From NCBI GenBank assembly GCA_023254095.1, contig JALNLM010000001.1, positions 64,001-128,000 on the forward strand: a stretch of DNA of 64,000 nt, given 5' to 3'. Made by a program: the position numbers and the translations under genes. Shown here piece after piece: positions 31,928-41,245 of this stretch; the stretch's first letter is position 1, and the number at the start of each line of letters is the position of its first letter. The stretch is from Candidatus Geocrenenecus huangii (lineage in GTDB: Archaea > Thermoproteota > Nitrososphaeria_A > Caldarchaeales > Wolframiiraptoraceae). Under the pieces are notes generated by a model that did not search any database, was not told the origin of the DNA, and saw nothing but the letters and a program-made list of their open reading frames with translations.

Positions 31928-33111
31928 GAGCTGAGAAAACACTGGTTGTTAATGGTCCAGCATCGATAAAGCTTCTAGAAGGTAAAGCATCAATCCTCGG
32001 ATGCATCCTTCCTGCGAAGAAGCAGATAGTGGTTAAGAACTGGAGATCTAGACCTGTGTACGCAATCGAAGATTCTATAATAGAGTATACGTTCGGCGAA
32101 GGCGGATCGATTGAAGAGGTCGATGGTAACACTATACCGGACCAGTGGTCTAAAGCTGTTCAAGAAATCTCCGAATCAGATTACTCCATCGTAATGTTCA
32201 TGGGCTCATCAGATTCAGGCAAGACCTCTCTAGCTACTTTGGGTGCAAACACTTTTCTAAATGCGAAGAAAACATGCGTCTACGTGGACCTAGATGTAGG
32301 TCAATCAAGTATCTGCCCGCCTACGACCATAGGATACGTATACTTGAAAAATCCTCTTCCCGACATTTCATACGTTAAGGCTGAAACCATGGAGGCTGTA
32401 GGATATACATCCCCTATGCCTGTGATGGCTAAGCACATAGAGTCTTCGCAGAAACTACACAGTAGCTTATCATCTAAGTATGTTGTCCAGAATCTCGTAA
32501 TAGATGTTGATGGATGGATAAACGGTGAAGGAGCAATCAACCACAAGAAAGAATTAATGAAAGTGTTCAAGCCAACTCATCTACTCATCATAGGTGATAC
32601 CAACCGTGAAATAGAAGATATCTGTAAGGAATTCTCAATAGACGTTCGTAGATTGCCTCCTCCAATAATGGTTAGAAAGAGAAGTCTAGAAGCTAGGAAG
32701 AAGCTTAGAGAAATGATGTATGAAAAATTCTTGAGGAAATCTGTTACTAGAACTATACCGATATCCTGGCTTGAGTTAAAATATGTTACGGGCGAAAACA
32801 GAATTCACCGGATTGCGTCAATGATAAACAAGCTCATAACGGCTTTCGCTGAAGATAAGGGGGTCGTAATCGAAGAAGGATTAGAAGAACTCTGTAGAAC
32901 ATATAGGGCAGGGATACTATGCCACCTGTATGACGTCAACTATACGTTTACGGGTATTGGGTTGCTTACGATGTTTAGTCTTAAGAAGAATCTACTAAAA
33001 ATCTATACGCCTTTCCAATCTCAGATCAAGCAATTAGTCCTAACGAGCTTGATAATCACGGCCGAAGGCTCAGAGCTATTCTCTACCTCTCCCCAAGTTC
33101 TGGAGTCATGA
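31909..33111 (+). CDS. Clp1/Grc3(Nol9)-family polynucleotide 5'-OH kinase
   Basis: N-terminal VNGPASI beta-domain, GSSDSGKT, DLDVGQS, IDVDGW, RxxxR lid. Confidence 0.88.
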   Translation: MPVHQLRAEKTLVVNGPASIKLLEGKASILGCILPAKKQIVVKNWRSRPVYAIEDSIIEYTFGEGGSIEEVDGNTIPDQWSKAVQEISESDYSIVMFMGSSDSGKTSLATLGANTFLNAKKTCVYVDLDVGQSSICPPTTIGYVYLKNPLPDISYVKAETMEAVGYTSPMPVMAKHIESSQKLHSSLSSKYVVQNLVIDVDGWINGEGAINHKKELMKVFKPTHLLIIGDTNREIEDICKEFSIDVRRLPPPIMVRKRSLEARKKLREMMYEKFLRKSVTRTIPISWLELKYVTGENRIHRIASMINKLITAFAEDKGVVIEEGLEELCRTYRAGILCHLYDVNYTFTGIGLLTMFSLKKNLLKIYTPFQSQIKQLVLTSLIITAEGSELFSTSPQVLES

Positions 33112-33664
33112 TAGTTATCCTGTACGCCAACCCTCTAACTATAAGTGTTTGAGCATTCGCTCTTGGTAGAACAGCTATATCCCCTTTCTTGAAGGGGCCA
33201 TAGGTTTTCAAATCTTCTCCAACAATCTGGGGGAAGTCCTGCTGGAAGCATACTACATCATAGTTGGATTCTATGATCCTCCAACCACTATATGCTGTCG
33301 CCATAATGATTGATTCAACATATTTCCTGTAGTCTGTTATGATTCTATGCAGAGACATGTAGATGTTTTTCTCGAACGCAGACATCGTTTCAGGATATTG
33401 ACCTAACTCCACTGCTCTAATAATCTTCCCAAGCCTAGTATCGAATAATGATCTGAGAAGTTTAGCTACTGCATCTACCTCTGCTTCCCGCAAGCTCGTT
33501 GAAAGCATCATTTTATCGGAGACTCTGAGATAGCTTTTCAATCTTGAGAAATATTCCCTTAATTTATCCTCGAACCCTTCTGGAAGCTTTCCTAACTGTT
33601 CTGTAGAATTCTCCAATCTCCAAAGCTCGTATACCAGCTCATATATCGATACTTCGCCTGACAT
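33083..33664 (-). CDS. GINS subunit Gins15/Gins51
   Basis: Helical A-domain followed by B-domain FPQIVGEDLKTYGPFKKGDIAVLP..NA; next to priS. Confidence 0.88.
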   Translation of the reverse strand: MSGEVSIYELVYELWRLENSTEQLGKLPEGFEDKLREYFSRLKSYLRVSDKMMLSTSLREAEVDAVAKLLRSLFDTRLGKIIRAVELGQYPETMSAFEKNIYMSLHRIITDYRKYVESIIMATAYSGWRIIESNYDVVCFQQDFPQIVGEDLKTYGPFKKGDIAVLPRANAQTLIVRGLAYRITIMTPELGER

Positions 33665-33726
33665 CTCCTACAATTAAATATACAGTTCATGTAATAAAAT
33701 TGTTTCCACCATCTTACCCTATAAGG

Positions 33727-34971
33727 CTACAATGCATACGGCTTCGATACAGTGGCTAAGTTCTTTAATATTAAGAATATGGCCACAGCCATGGGAAGCT
33801 TAGCCATAGTATTCTCTAGGGGGCCATATTCTTCTCCCAGCATTCTGAATTTCGGGGCTTTGAGAACACGTACTTCAACCATCTTGTCGTAGGGCAGTAC
33901 GACGGTCTGAAGAAATGGATCGAAATCTTCAAGTTCATCAATATCGATTACTCTCGCTAGTAATCCAGACTTTCCGTTAATAGTATTACCAAGTCTGATC
34001 AATCTGTGAATATCAGAAGTGACGACGACATCGATCTTCGCTGAAGCATGGTTAACCGCTGCCTTCGCCAACAGTTTCACGACGTTTCTTGGGAGTAAAT
34101 CCCATGCGCAACGCTCACTCCACTCTTCCGAGAATTGCCTCAGTATAGCAGCACACTTATCGGCTAACTTGTAGGATGTAGATGTTAATTCAGAAAATTC
34201 AATAGGATCCGCTCTTAAAGCCAATTGAATTGAGGCTCTTGCGATCCTACCTCTCCACCCAGGGTCGGAGATATCTGGCCCTCTAATCTTTAAAGCTTTT
34301 CCCTTAACGGTATCTTCAACTAACCCCATAAGCCTCATCGAAATACCTGTCCCAGTGATGTAGTCTACTATTTCTTTTCTTTCTATCTGTCCGAGCTCCG
34401 AGATCTCTTCATCCTTGACTACTACGTGGTAGCCTCTATTGCCTGAGAAAGCAACCTTGAGATTCTTGAAGCCTAGGTCCTCTTCTAAGAAATCTAGCAG
34501 TTTAAGAGTTTCCTGCTTTGCCGATTCTAGACATAGTTCGCAGATCCATTCTGAATCGATTAATGCCCCACCACAATTACTACATACTTCTTTTTGGGTA
34601 GAATAAGCGGTGAAGCATTTCGGGCATACCTTGAAGTCATGTTTCCCCTTGCATGGTGTTTTAAGATGATCTGCATCTATATCAAAAGCAAGCTCTGCAC
34701 CCATCCATTCCTTCTCCTCCATTGGAGCACTAGGATACTTGTAAAATGCCAATGAATGATATACGTGGAGAGGGTTATTCTTTACGAGGAATTCTCTTAG
34801 CTTTTCAGGGGAATCTATATAGAGATGCCTAACCATTATCCTCTCTTGAAATGTGAAATACCCGAATTCTCTCTCACTTATTCTTTCGGGAACATAGACG
34901 GTGTCAGCTTTCTCTAAATAGTATTTCTTAAAAGACGATTCAACAAGTCTCGAGTCGGCTTGAGTCAACAA
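33727..34971 (-). CDS. priS: DNA primase small (catalytic) subunit
   Basis: REFG, ELAFDIDADHL, FSGNRGYH, IDVVVTSDIHRLIRL. Confidence 0.95.
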   Translation of the reverse strand: MLTQADSRLVESSFKKYYLEKADTVYVPERISEREFGYFTFQERIMVRHLYIDSPEKLREFLVKNNPLHVYHSLAFYKYPSAPMEEKEWMGAELAFDIDADHLKTPCKGKHDFKVCPKCFTAYSTQKEVCSNCGGALIDSEWICELCLESAKQETLKLLDFLEEDLGFKNLKVAFSGNRGYHVVVKDEEISELGQIERKEIVDYITGTGISMRLMGLVEDTVKGKALKIRGPDISDPGWRGRIARASIQLALRADPIEFSELTSTSYKLADKCAAILRQFSEEWSERCAWDLLPRNVVKLLAKAAVNHASAKIDVVVTSDIHRLIRLGNTINGKSGLLARVIDIDELEDFDPFLQTVVLPYDKMVEVRVLKAPKFRMLGEEYGPLENTMAKLPMAVAIFLILKNLATVSKPYAL

Positions 34972-35013
34972 AGCTTATTCTAGAACCTTGCTCGTCAACC
35001 TTATTGTTAAATC

Positions 35014-35127
35014 TTATTTCTTTGATACTTCCTTATAAAGAATATAAGCTACGATGAGTAAGAAGGTTAAAACAGAAAGCCAGAATAATGAACCGTAAAG
35101 TAAATCTATGAAGCCCTCAATACTCAT
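35014..35127 (-). CDS. Putative 37-aa single-TM microprotein
   Basis: MSIEGFIDLLYGSLFWLSVLTFLLIVAYILYKEVSKK, with a GGTGAGG SD and TTTATAA TATA-like box upstream. Confidence 0.55.
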   Translation of the reverse strand: MSIEGFIDLLYGSLFWLSVLTFLLIVAYILYKEVSKK

Positions 35128-35256
35128 GTCTTCTTAGACCTCACCCTTAACTTATAAAAGCTATTTTTAAGGTTATCCCGTATATTCGGCTGTCTCGTGC
35201 TTGGCCAGGAAGAGATAGAAATCGTTTTATGAAGCTCTAATATAATCTAAATCGGG

Positions 35257-36678
35257 ATGCCTACACCGATCGGCATTGTATGTAGTGGTGCAAGTGAATC
35301 CAGTGCTACAGTCGTCCTGTATGATGGAATGGAGAAAGAGGTAAAGAATGAGAGCCTAGTCTTGATTAGGAACAGGAATGGGGGAAATGTTTTAGCAGTA
35401 TGTAGGGGAGGTCTAGGTATAAATGAGAGCCTAAGAACTGGAGCGTTCACGCCGGGTGTAGCATATGCGAAGAGTAGGAGAGTACCGAGTAGTGTAAAAG
35501 AATATTTCCTATTCAAGCTACAGGTTATTGGAGAAATAAACGATAATGGGATCTCCCAGAATAAGATTATTATTGCTCCAACATCTACCGTTGAATTATT
35601 CACAGATGAAGACAGCCCTATGCAATATCTTAGCAAAAGCGATCTATACATAGGACACTACTGGGGGAAGCCGAGCTGGAGGGTTCCAGTCTTGAAAGAA
35701 TACATAAACTATCACATAGGAGTATTCGGTATAACAGGTTCAGGCAAAAGCTATCTAACAAGATACGAGATAATTCCTCTACTCCGGAGAGCTGGATATG
35801 ACGTGATAGTCATGGACTGGAAAGGGAGCGACTACGCTACATACTTTGAGTATGTCTTAGCTCTCAACGAGATAAAGGTAGATAACCAGACTGTTGTAAA
35901 ATACTTTAGCAGTATAACTAGAAACTTCGGATACATCGATAGAGAAGAAAACCCTGTGGCCGCAGCAGTTGAAACGTCTTTAAGGCAAGTCGATTGGAGA
36001 GGCAGAAACCCTGAACAAAGCCGTCAACTAGTTCTACAAAGAGCCAAAGCAATCTTAAACGAGTCATCTGGTGTAAAAGAGGAAACTAGGAAGCTCCAAG
36101 TGAGTAGGCTTGAATCGTCTTTCGAAATAATAACCGAGGAAGAATTCGAGAAATTTTTAGGAACAATAGAGCCTTGGGAGATCTTTGCAAAAGCGAAAGA
36201 CAAAGGGATACTCGTTATAGATATGAGTAGGGGGATCAAAGAGCAGAAGCTTGCAGTCTTTCTTGCTATAACGAAGTATTTGAAGCGATTAATGGAGAAT
36301 AAACAAGTCTTGAATATCGCCATAGTTATAGATGAGGGACCACAGTATGCTCCATGGCAACCTAGAGGTATGGAAAGGGATACAACGGACATGATCATGG
36401 AGCTATGTGCTCTAGGTAGAAGTTATGGTCTATCCATAGTAATTTTATCTCAAGGAATGGCTGGAGAGATAGGGTTGAATGCAGCTGTAAGAAGAAATCT
36501 GAATACACAGTTTATTGGGAGGATACATCCATTAGACGTAGAAGAAGCTCAGAAGCTTGCAGCATCATACTATATCTCTCCGGAGACCATGTTGACTCTC
36601 CCCGAAGGACATTTCTACTTCTTGGGTAGAATGAATCCATCTCCAATACCTTTATTGATAAGCTTCCAGATAAGGTAG
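35257..36678 (+). CDS. HerA/FtsK-family ATPase (HAS barrel + DUF87)
   Basis: HIGVFGITGSGKS, IVIDEG, GRSYGL..LSQ. Confidence 0.88.
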   Translation: MPTPIGIVCSGASESSATVVLYDGMEKEVKNESLVLIRNRNGGNVLAVCRGGLGINESLRTGAFTPGVAYAKSRRVPSSVKEYFLFKLQVIGEINDNGISQNKIIIAPTSTVELFTDEDSPMQYLSKSDLYIGHYWGKPSWRVPVLKEYINYHIGVFGITGSGKSYLTRYEIIPLLRRAGYDVIVMDWKGSDYATYFEYVLALNEIKVDNQTVVKYFSSITRNFGYIDREENPVAAAVETSLRQVDWRGRNPEQSRQLVLQRAKAILNESSGVKEETRKLQVSRLESSFEIITEEEFEKFLGTIEPWEIFAKAKDKGILVIDMSRGIKEQKLAVFLAITKYLKRLMENKQVLNIAIVIDEGPQYAPWQPRGMERDTTDMIMELCALGRSYGLSIVILSQGMAGEIGLNAAVRRNLNTQFIGRIHPLDVEEAQKLAASYYISPETMLTLPEGHFYFLGRMNPSPIPLLISFQIR

Positions 36679-36751
36679 AACGATTAGAAGAATAATTTCT
36701 AAGAACTTTAATAAGTACGTCTACCTTTCTTAGTATCAGTGAAGTATAGAT

Positions 36752-38038
36752 ATGTTCGAAGAAGAAAAGCCTTCTGCGATGAGTAAGCTTCCCTTCAAAC
36801 TACAAGTTGACCTATACGAGCATGCCAGACAAGCTGCTAGCAGGGTTTTCAAGGAGATCGAAATTGAGAGGGAGAAACTTTCTAGAGTCAACAACTTATT
36901 AAAGTTTAGAGATATACCTGAAGTTTTAAGTAGTAAGGATCTAAGGGTCGGAGCCGTAGATGGGTCTTCATCACCTACGTTCAGCGATAGATTAGGCTAC
37001 AGAATAGGGGTTTATGCAGCATGCTACATTGTCTTTGATGGAAACGAGATAATATCTGACAAGGATGATGAAACGATGGAGGCAGGATACATGATGGTTA
37101 ACCAGGTGGGCGATATAGAGCAGACTAGAAAGATACTTACACTCTTGATGACTGTTAAGGAAAGGGAGAAAGCTCTAAGATGTATTGAAAAATATGATGT
37201 TGACATACTTCTTATCGACGGCTCATTCTACGGTTTCAGGACAAGATGTAGTGAGATAAAGAAGTTAGACTTAGCGGAAATAGGGATAAGCGAGTATAAG
37301 ACTGGGTGGGAATTGATAAATCATGTCTTAAAATCCACTAGGAAGCTCGTCAAGTCAGGTAAAGCCGTAGGTGTAATAAAAAGACTTAGATCATGTGCGA
37401 TAGACGGATGGATCTTATCCAAAACATGGAGTAAAAAATCCATCGTAAATCGTAACGATAGATCTGTACTCCGATCTCTCATGCCCTGTGGGAAATACTT
37501 TGACTATAGAGACATCCATGAAGATGAATGGACCTATCTACACTACAGTAACTTAGTAACATGGTATAAGGAATTAGTCAGGAATCATATAATCAGAGAA
37601 GATTGTACACCAGAAGACAATGTAAAACGTGCTTTCGAGTATGTTCACAGTAAGCTCAAAACTCAGATCGCTACAGATCTCACTCCCCCAAATTCCCACA
37701 ATGAACCGAAGAGCAAGGTAGGCGAAGACCTTGTCAAAGAAATAACTAGTAGACCTAGAATACATGCTAGGCTATCAAGATATGCAGCACCGATCTGCCT
37801 AGAACTAGGTGAGGGGGTAGACCTCGACATAGTATTATCATATAGTTTGAAGAATGTAAACGTAGTGACTGGAATACCTTTCCCGATAGACCTAGTTGAT
37901 GAACAGGTTTCCCTGGAAAAAGAGATAGCGAGAGAGTTCGCGGAAGAGATAGAGACAAGACTGCTACTAGAATCAGAGATATCCTCTGAAGAAGTAGAAG
38001 CTAGACTTGAACCTTTAAATCCCCAGAAAGGAGGATAA
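36752..38038 (+). CDS. NurA-family nuclease
   Basis: VGAVDGS, LLIDGSF, VGVIKR, G.PFPI motifs; directly after the HerA-like gene. Confidence 0.82.
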   Translation: MFEEEKPSAMSKLPFKLQVDLYEHARQAASRVFKEIEIEREKLSRVNNLLKFRDIPEVLSSKDLRVGAVDGSSSPTFSDRLGYRIGVYAACYIVFDGNEIISDKDDETMEAGYMMVNQVGDIEQTRKILTLLMTVKEREKALRCIEKYDVDILLIDGSFYGFRTRCSEIKKLDLAEIGISEYKTGWELINHVLKSTRKLVKSGKAVGVIKRLRSCAIDGWILSKTWSKKSIVNRNDRSVLRSLMPCGKYFDYRDIHEDEWTYLHYSNLVTWYKELVRNHIIREDCTPEDNVKRAFEYVHSKLKTQIATDLTPPNSHNEPKSKVGEDLVKEITSRPRIHARLSRYAAPICLELGEGVDLDIVLSYSLKNVNVVTGIPFPIDLVDEQVSLEKEIAREFAEEIETRLLLESEISSEEVEARLEPLNPQKGG

Positions 38039-38090
38039 ACATAGATTAAATATTTGCTCTCTACGTAAGTAGAGATAGGGGTGATGCGCT

Positions 38091-39770
38091 CTCGGAAAAT
38101 ATCTAATTACAGCAGCTCTTCCATATTCTTACGCTCCTAGACACTTTGGACATTTAGCTGGGGCGTACCTACCAGCCGACATATTTGCAAGATTCCGTAG
38201 ACTCGTGGGAGATCAGACCGTATTCGTATGTGGTACAGATGAGAACGCAAGCAGCATCGTATTGGAAGCTATTAAACAGAATATGACGCCTAAAGAATTA
38301 TGTGACAAATACTATCCAATACAGAAAGAAGTTTTCGAAAGGCTTGGAATAAGCTTCGACATTTTTTCACGTACTAGTAAGCCTATACATTATGAAGTGG
38401 TTAGAGAATTTTACAAGAAGCTCTGGGACAAAGGGTATATCTATCCCAAAGAGATTAAACAATGGTGGTGCCCTAAAGATAGAATGGTTTTACCCGATAG
38501 ATTTGTGAAGGGAACATGTCCGAGATGCGGCGCAGAAGACCAGTATGGAGATGTATGCGAAGTATGCGGTTCATGGTATGAGTCTTTTGAGCTACTAAAT
38601 CCGAAATGTACATTATGTGGAGGCAAGCCCGAGATAATAGGTAAGACGCACTTCTTCCTAAAGCTCAGCGAATTAACATCTAGGGTACTAGAATATGTTC
38701 GAGATAAGAAACACTGGAGGAAGGCAACATATAATAAGACGATCTCATGGTTAGAGAAAGAAGGATTAAGAGACAAAGATATTACAAGAGATTATGAATG
38801 GGGTCCTCCAGCTCCTTTCCCTAATGCGGAAAACCAGGTTATATACAATTGGGCTGAAAATCTTCTCGGATACGTATCTGCTACAAGGGATTGGGCTGAA
38901 AACGTCTCAAACCGTCCGGATGCATGGAAAGAGTTCTGGATGGATAAAGAGACGAGACTATACTGCTTCATCGGTAAGGATAACCTCTTCTTCCACACTA
39001 TTCTATTCCCAGCTCTACTGATAGCCCATGGAGAATACATTCTACCATACCACGTAGTAGTAAACGAGTTTGTAAACCTAGAAGGTGAGAAACTCTCAAC
39101 AAGCAGAGGATGGGTCATATGGTTACATGACCTACTAGCTGAATATGATCCAGACATTATACGATACTACGCAGCCGCAATCGCTCCTGAAACAAGAGAT
39201 ACAGATTTCAAGTGGCAGGACTTCGCAGAAAAAGTAAATGGAGAATTGATAGGAACCTTAGGCAACTTTATACATCGTGTATTAACATTCCTGCATGAGA
39301 AGATGGGTGGAGTCGTTCCAGACCCGGGAGAACTCGATGAAAGAAGTAAAGAGATGATCAATACATGTTATAGAATAGTTGAAAAATTCAGGAATCATGT
39401 TGAGGCATGCGAATTCAAGGATGGTTTGAAGGAGATACTCCATCTTGCACAGCAAGGAAATAGGTACTTTAATGAAAAATCTCCTTGGAAGAATCTCGAT
39501 GAGGCTCCTAGAACACTATACGTGTTGATACAGATTGTTCACGCTCTGGCTTTAATAATGTCTCCGTACCTTCCATTTACGTCTCAAAGATTACTAGAAT
39601 ACCTTAACATAGACAAGAAAGTTGAAGAACTTAGATGGGGCGATGTCGAGAAGACGATTCCACCGGGCCACAAGATAAGGGAACCAAAACCATTGTTCAA
39701 GAAGGTTGATGAAAAAGATATACGTGAAAAAACAAAAAAGTTGGAAGAAATAAGGAAGAGCTTCAGCTGA
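38091..39770 (+). CDS. metG: Methionine-tRNA ligase (no canonical in-frame start; see findings)
   Basis: In-frame upstream extension (L)GKYLITAALPYSYAPRHFGHLAGAYLPADIFARF (HIGH motif); CGTDE, Zn knuckle, GKDN, KLSTS. Confidence 0.95.
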   Translation, partial: LGKYLITAALPYSYAPRHFGHLAGAYLPADIFARFRRLVGDQTVFVCGTDENASSIVLEAIKQNMTPKELCDKYYPIQKEVFERLGISFDIFSRTSKPIHYEVVREFYKKLWDKGYIYPKEIKQWWCPKDRMVLPDRFVKGTCPRCGAEDQYGDVCEVCGSWYESFELLNPKCTLCGGKPEIIGKTHFFLKLSELTSRVLEYVRDKKHWRKATYNKTISWLEKEGLRDKDITRDYEWGPPAPFPNAENQVIYNWAENLLGYVSATRDWAENVSNRPDAWKEFWMDKETRLYCFIGKDNLFFHTILFPALLIAHGEYILPYHVVVNEFVNLEGEKLSTSRGWVIWLHDLLAEYDPDIIRYYAAAIAPETRDTDFKWQDFAEKVNGELIGTLGNFIHRVLTFLHEKMGGVVPDPGELDERSKEMINTCYRIVEKFRNHVEACEFKDGLKEILHLAQQGNRYFNEKSPWKNLDEAPRTLYVLIQIVHALALIMSPYLPFTSQRLLEYLNIDKKVEELRWGDVEKTIPPGHKIREPKPLFKKVDEKDIREKTKKLEEIRKSFS

Positions 39771-40821
39771 GATTCTTTATACCCAGTTCTTCCATTATCT
39801 TTTCTAAGTCTTCTTCATTGAAAGCTTCCTCTTTCTTCTGGGGTAGTTGGACTTCAGATTCTCTCCGATTTACGCCCGTCAGTATTAACGATACTTGAAG
39901 TCTAGAATCTAGAGAACTATCTATTCTTGCACCCCATATTACTAATGCTTCTTCTCCCATAAGCTCTGAGACTATCTCAGCCGGTCTAGCTGCTTCGCTG
40001 ATCTTCATGTCTTCTCCTCCAGTTACATGTATTATCGCTCCAGTTAAACCATCATACGTTACGTCTAGTAAGGGGCATTCTAATGCATTAAAGGTTGCTT
40101 CTTCTGCTCTATTCGGTGTTGAAGAGACCCCTATGCCGAGCGCCGCTAGGTTTCCTCTCATCATTATTGTTTTGAAATCTGCATAGTCGATGTTGATCAA
40201 GCTTGGCTTAAGTATTGACTCCGTGATACTGAAGATCATGTTGCTTATTACTTCATCGGCTATTGCGAAAGCATTTTTCAAACTATACTGTGGATAGAGT
40301 TCAAGAAGTTTATTATTGTCGATCGCGACGACAGTATGACAGTTACGTTTCATTTCTTCTAAACCTTGTAAAGCTATCCTCTTTCTAACATTCCCTTCGA
40401 ATTTAAATGGGAGAGTTACGAAACCTATAACTACAGCGCCTTCTTCTTTAGCTACTTCAGCCACCAGAGGCGCAGCACCTGTCCCCGTTCCACCTCCTAA
40501 ACCAGCTGAGATGAACACTATATCTGACCCTTCAAGTACTTCTCTAATCTCGTCTATGGATTCTTCAGCCGCTTCCCTTCCTCTTGCGGGGTCTCCACCT
40601 GCACCTCTGAACTTCGTTACGGTTTTTCCAAGGATTAATTTTCGTGGAGCTTTAATTATTTCCAGATGTTGCGCATCTGTATTTGCTGCGATTAGGTTTA
40701 TCCTAGCTAGCTCTAAGCTTGATAACCTATTGACTGTATTACATCCTGCTCCTCCTACGCCTATCAACGTTATCTTTACATCGTTTAAAAACCCTGCATC
40801 AATTAAGATTTCGTCATTCAC
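39763..40821 (-). CDS. ftsZ: Cell division protein FtsZ
   Basis: GVGGAGCN, NTDAQHL, GLGGGTGTG, INIDYAD T7 loop. Confidence 0.95.
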   Translation of the reverse strand: MNDEILIDAGFLNDVKITLIGVGGAGCNTVNRLSSLELARINLIAANTDAQHLEIIKAPRKLILGKTVTKFRGAGGDPARGREAAEESIDEIREVLEGSDIVFISAGLGGGTGTGAAPLVAEVAKEEGAVVIGFVTLPFKFEGNVRKRIALQGLEEMKRNCHTVVAIDNNKLLELYPQYSLKNAFAIADEVISNMIFSITESILKPSLINIDYADFKTIMMRGNLAALGIGVSSTPNRAEEATFNALECPLLDVTYDGLTGAIIHVTGGEDMKISEAARPAEIVSELMGEEALVIWGARIDSSLDSRLQVSLILTGVNRRESEVQLPQKKEEAFNEEDLEKIMEELGIKNLS

Positions 40822-40960
40822 TTATGTTTGCCTCCGACTGTATAAAATCTCTTACAGCCATTCTGATTGCTTCAGCTCTATTCGGGTAGATTTTTCTTCT
40901 AACCAACTCGTCTATTGCTTCTAAATACGCTTCAGGAAGATGAACTGTAACTACTTTCAT
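40814..40960 (-). CDS. cdrS: Ribbon-helix-helix regulator, CdrS-like (48 aa)
   Basis: Not in the ORF track. MKVVTVHLPEAYLEAIDELVRRKIYPNRAEAIRMAVRDFI with a GGAGGTGA SD; stop overlaps the ftsZ start. Confidence 0.85.
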   Translation of the reverse strand: MKVVTVHLPEAYLEAIDELVRRKIYPNRAEAIRMAVRDFIQSEANISE

Positions 40961-41245
40961 TTATTTCTCACCTCCAATCCTGAGACCTAGTTGAAATTGT
41001 GATTGTAAAAAGGATTTGTAATACGAGCGTATTGACAATCGATGTACGAGATCCAGTTTCCACTCGAAAAAGCCGTCAAAAAATGATAAAAGCAGTACCG
41101 ACGATACTCATTTATCCTTAAACTATGGGAGAAGCATTATTACGCTGAATCTTTCAGAATTTTCGAAAATTCACTTAACAAACAAGTATACCGATGAATG
41201 ATGATTAGTCATCTTTTATATACTATAGTTGTAGTAATATGTGAG

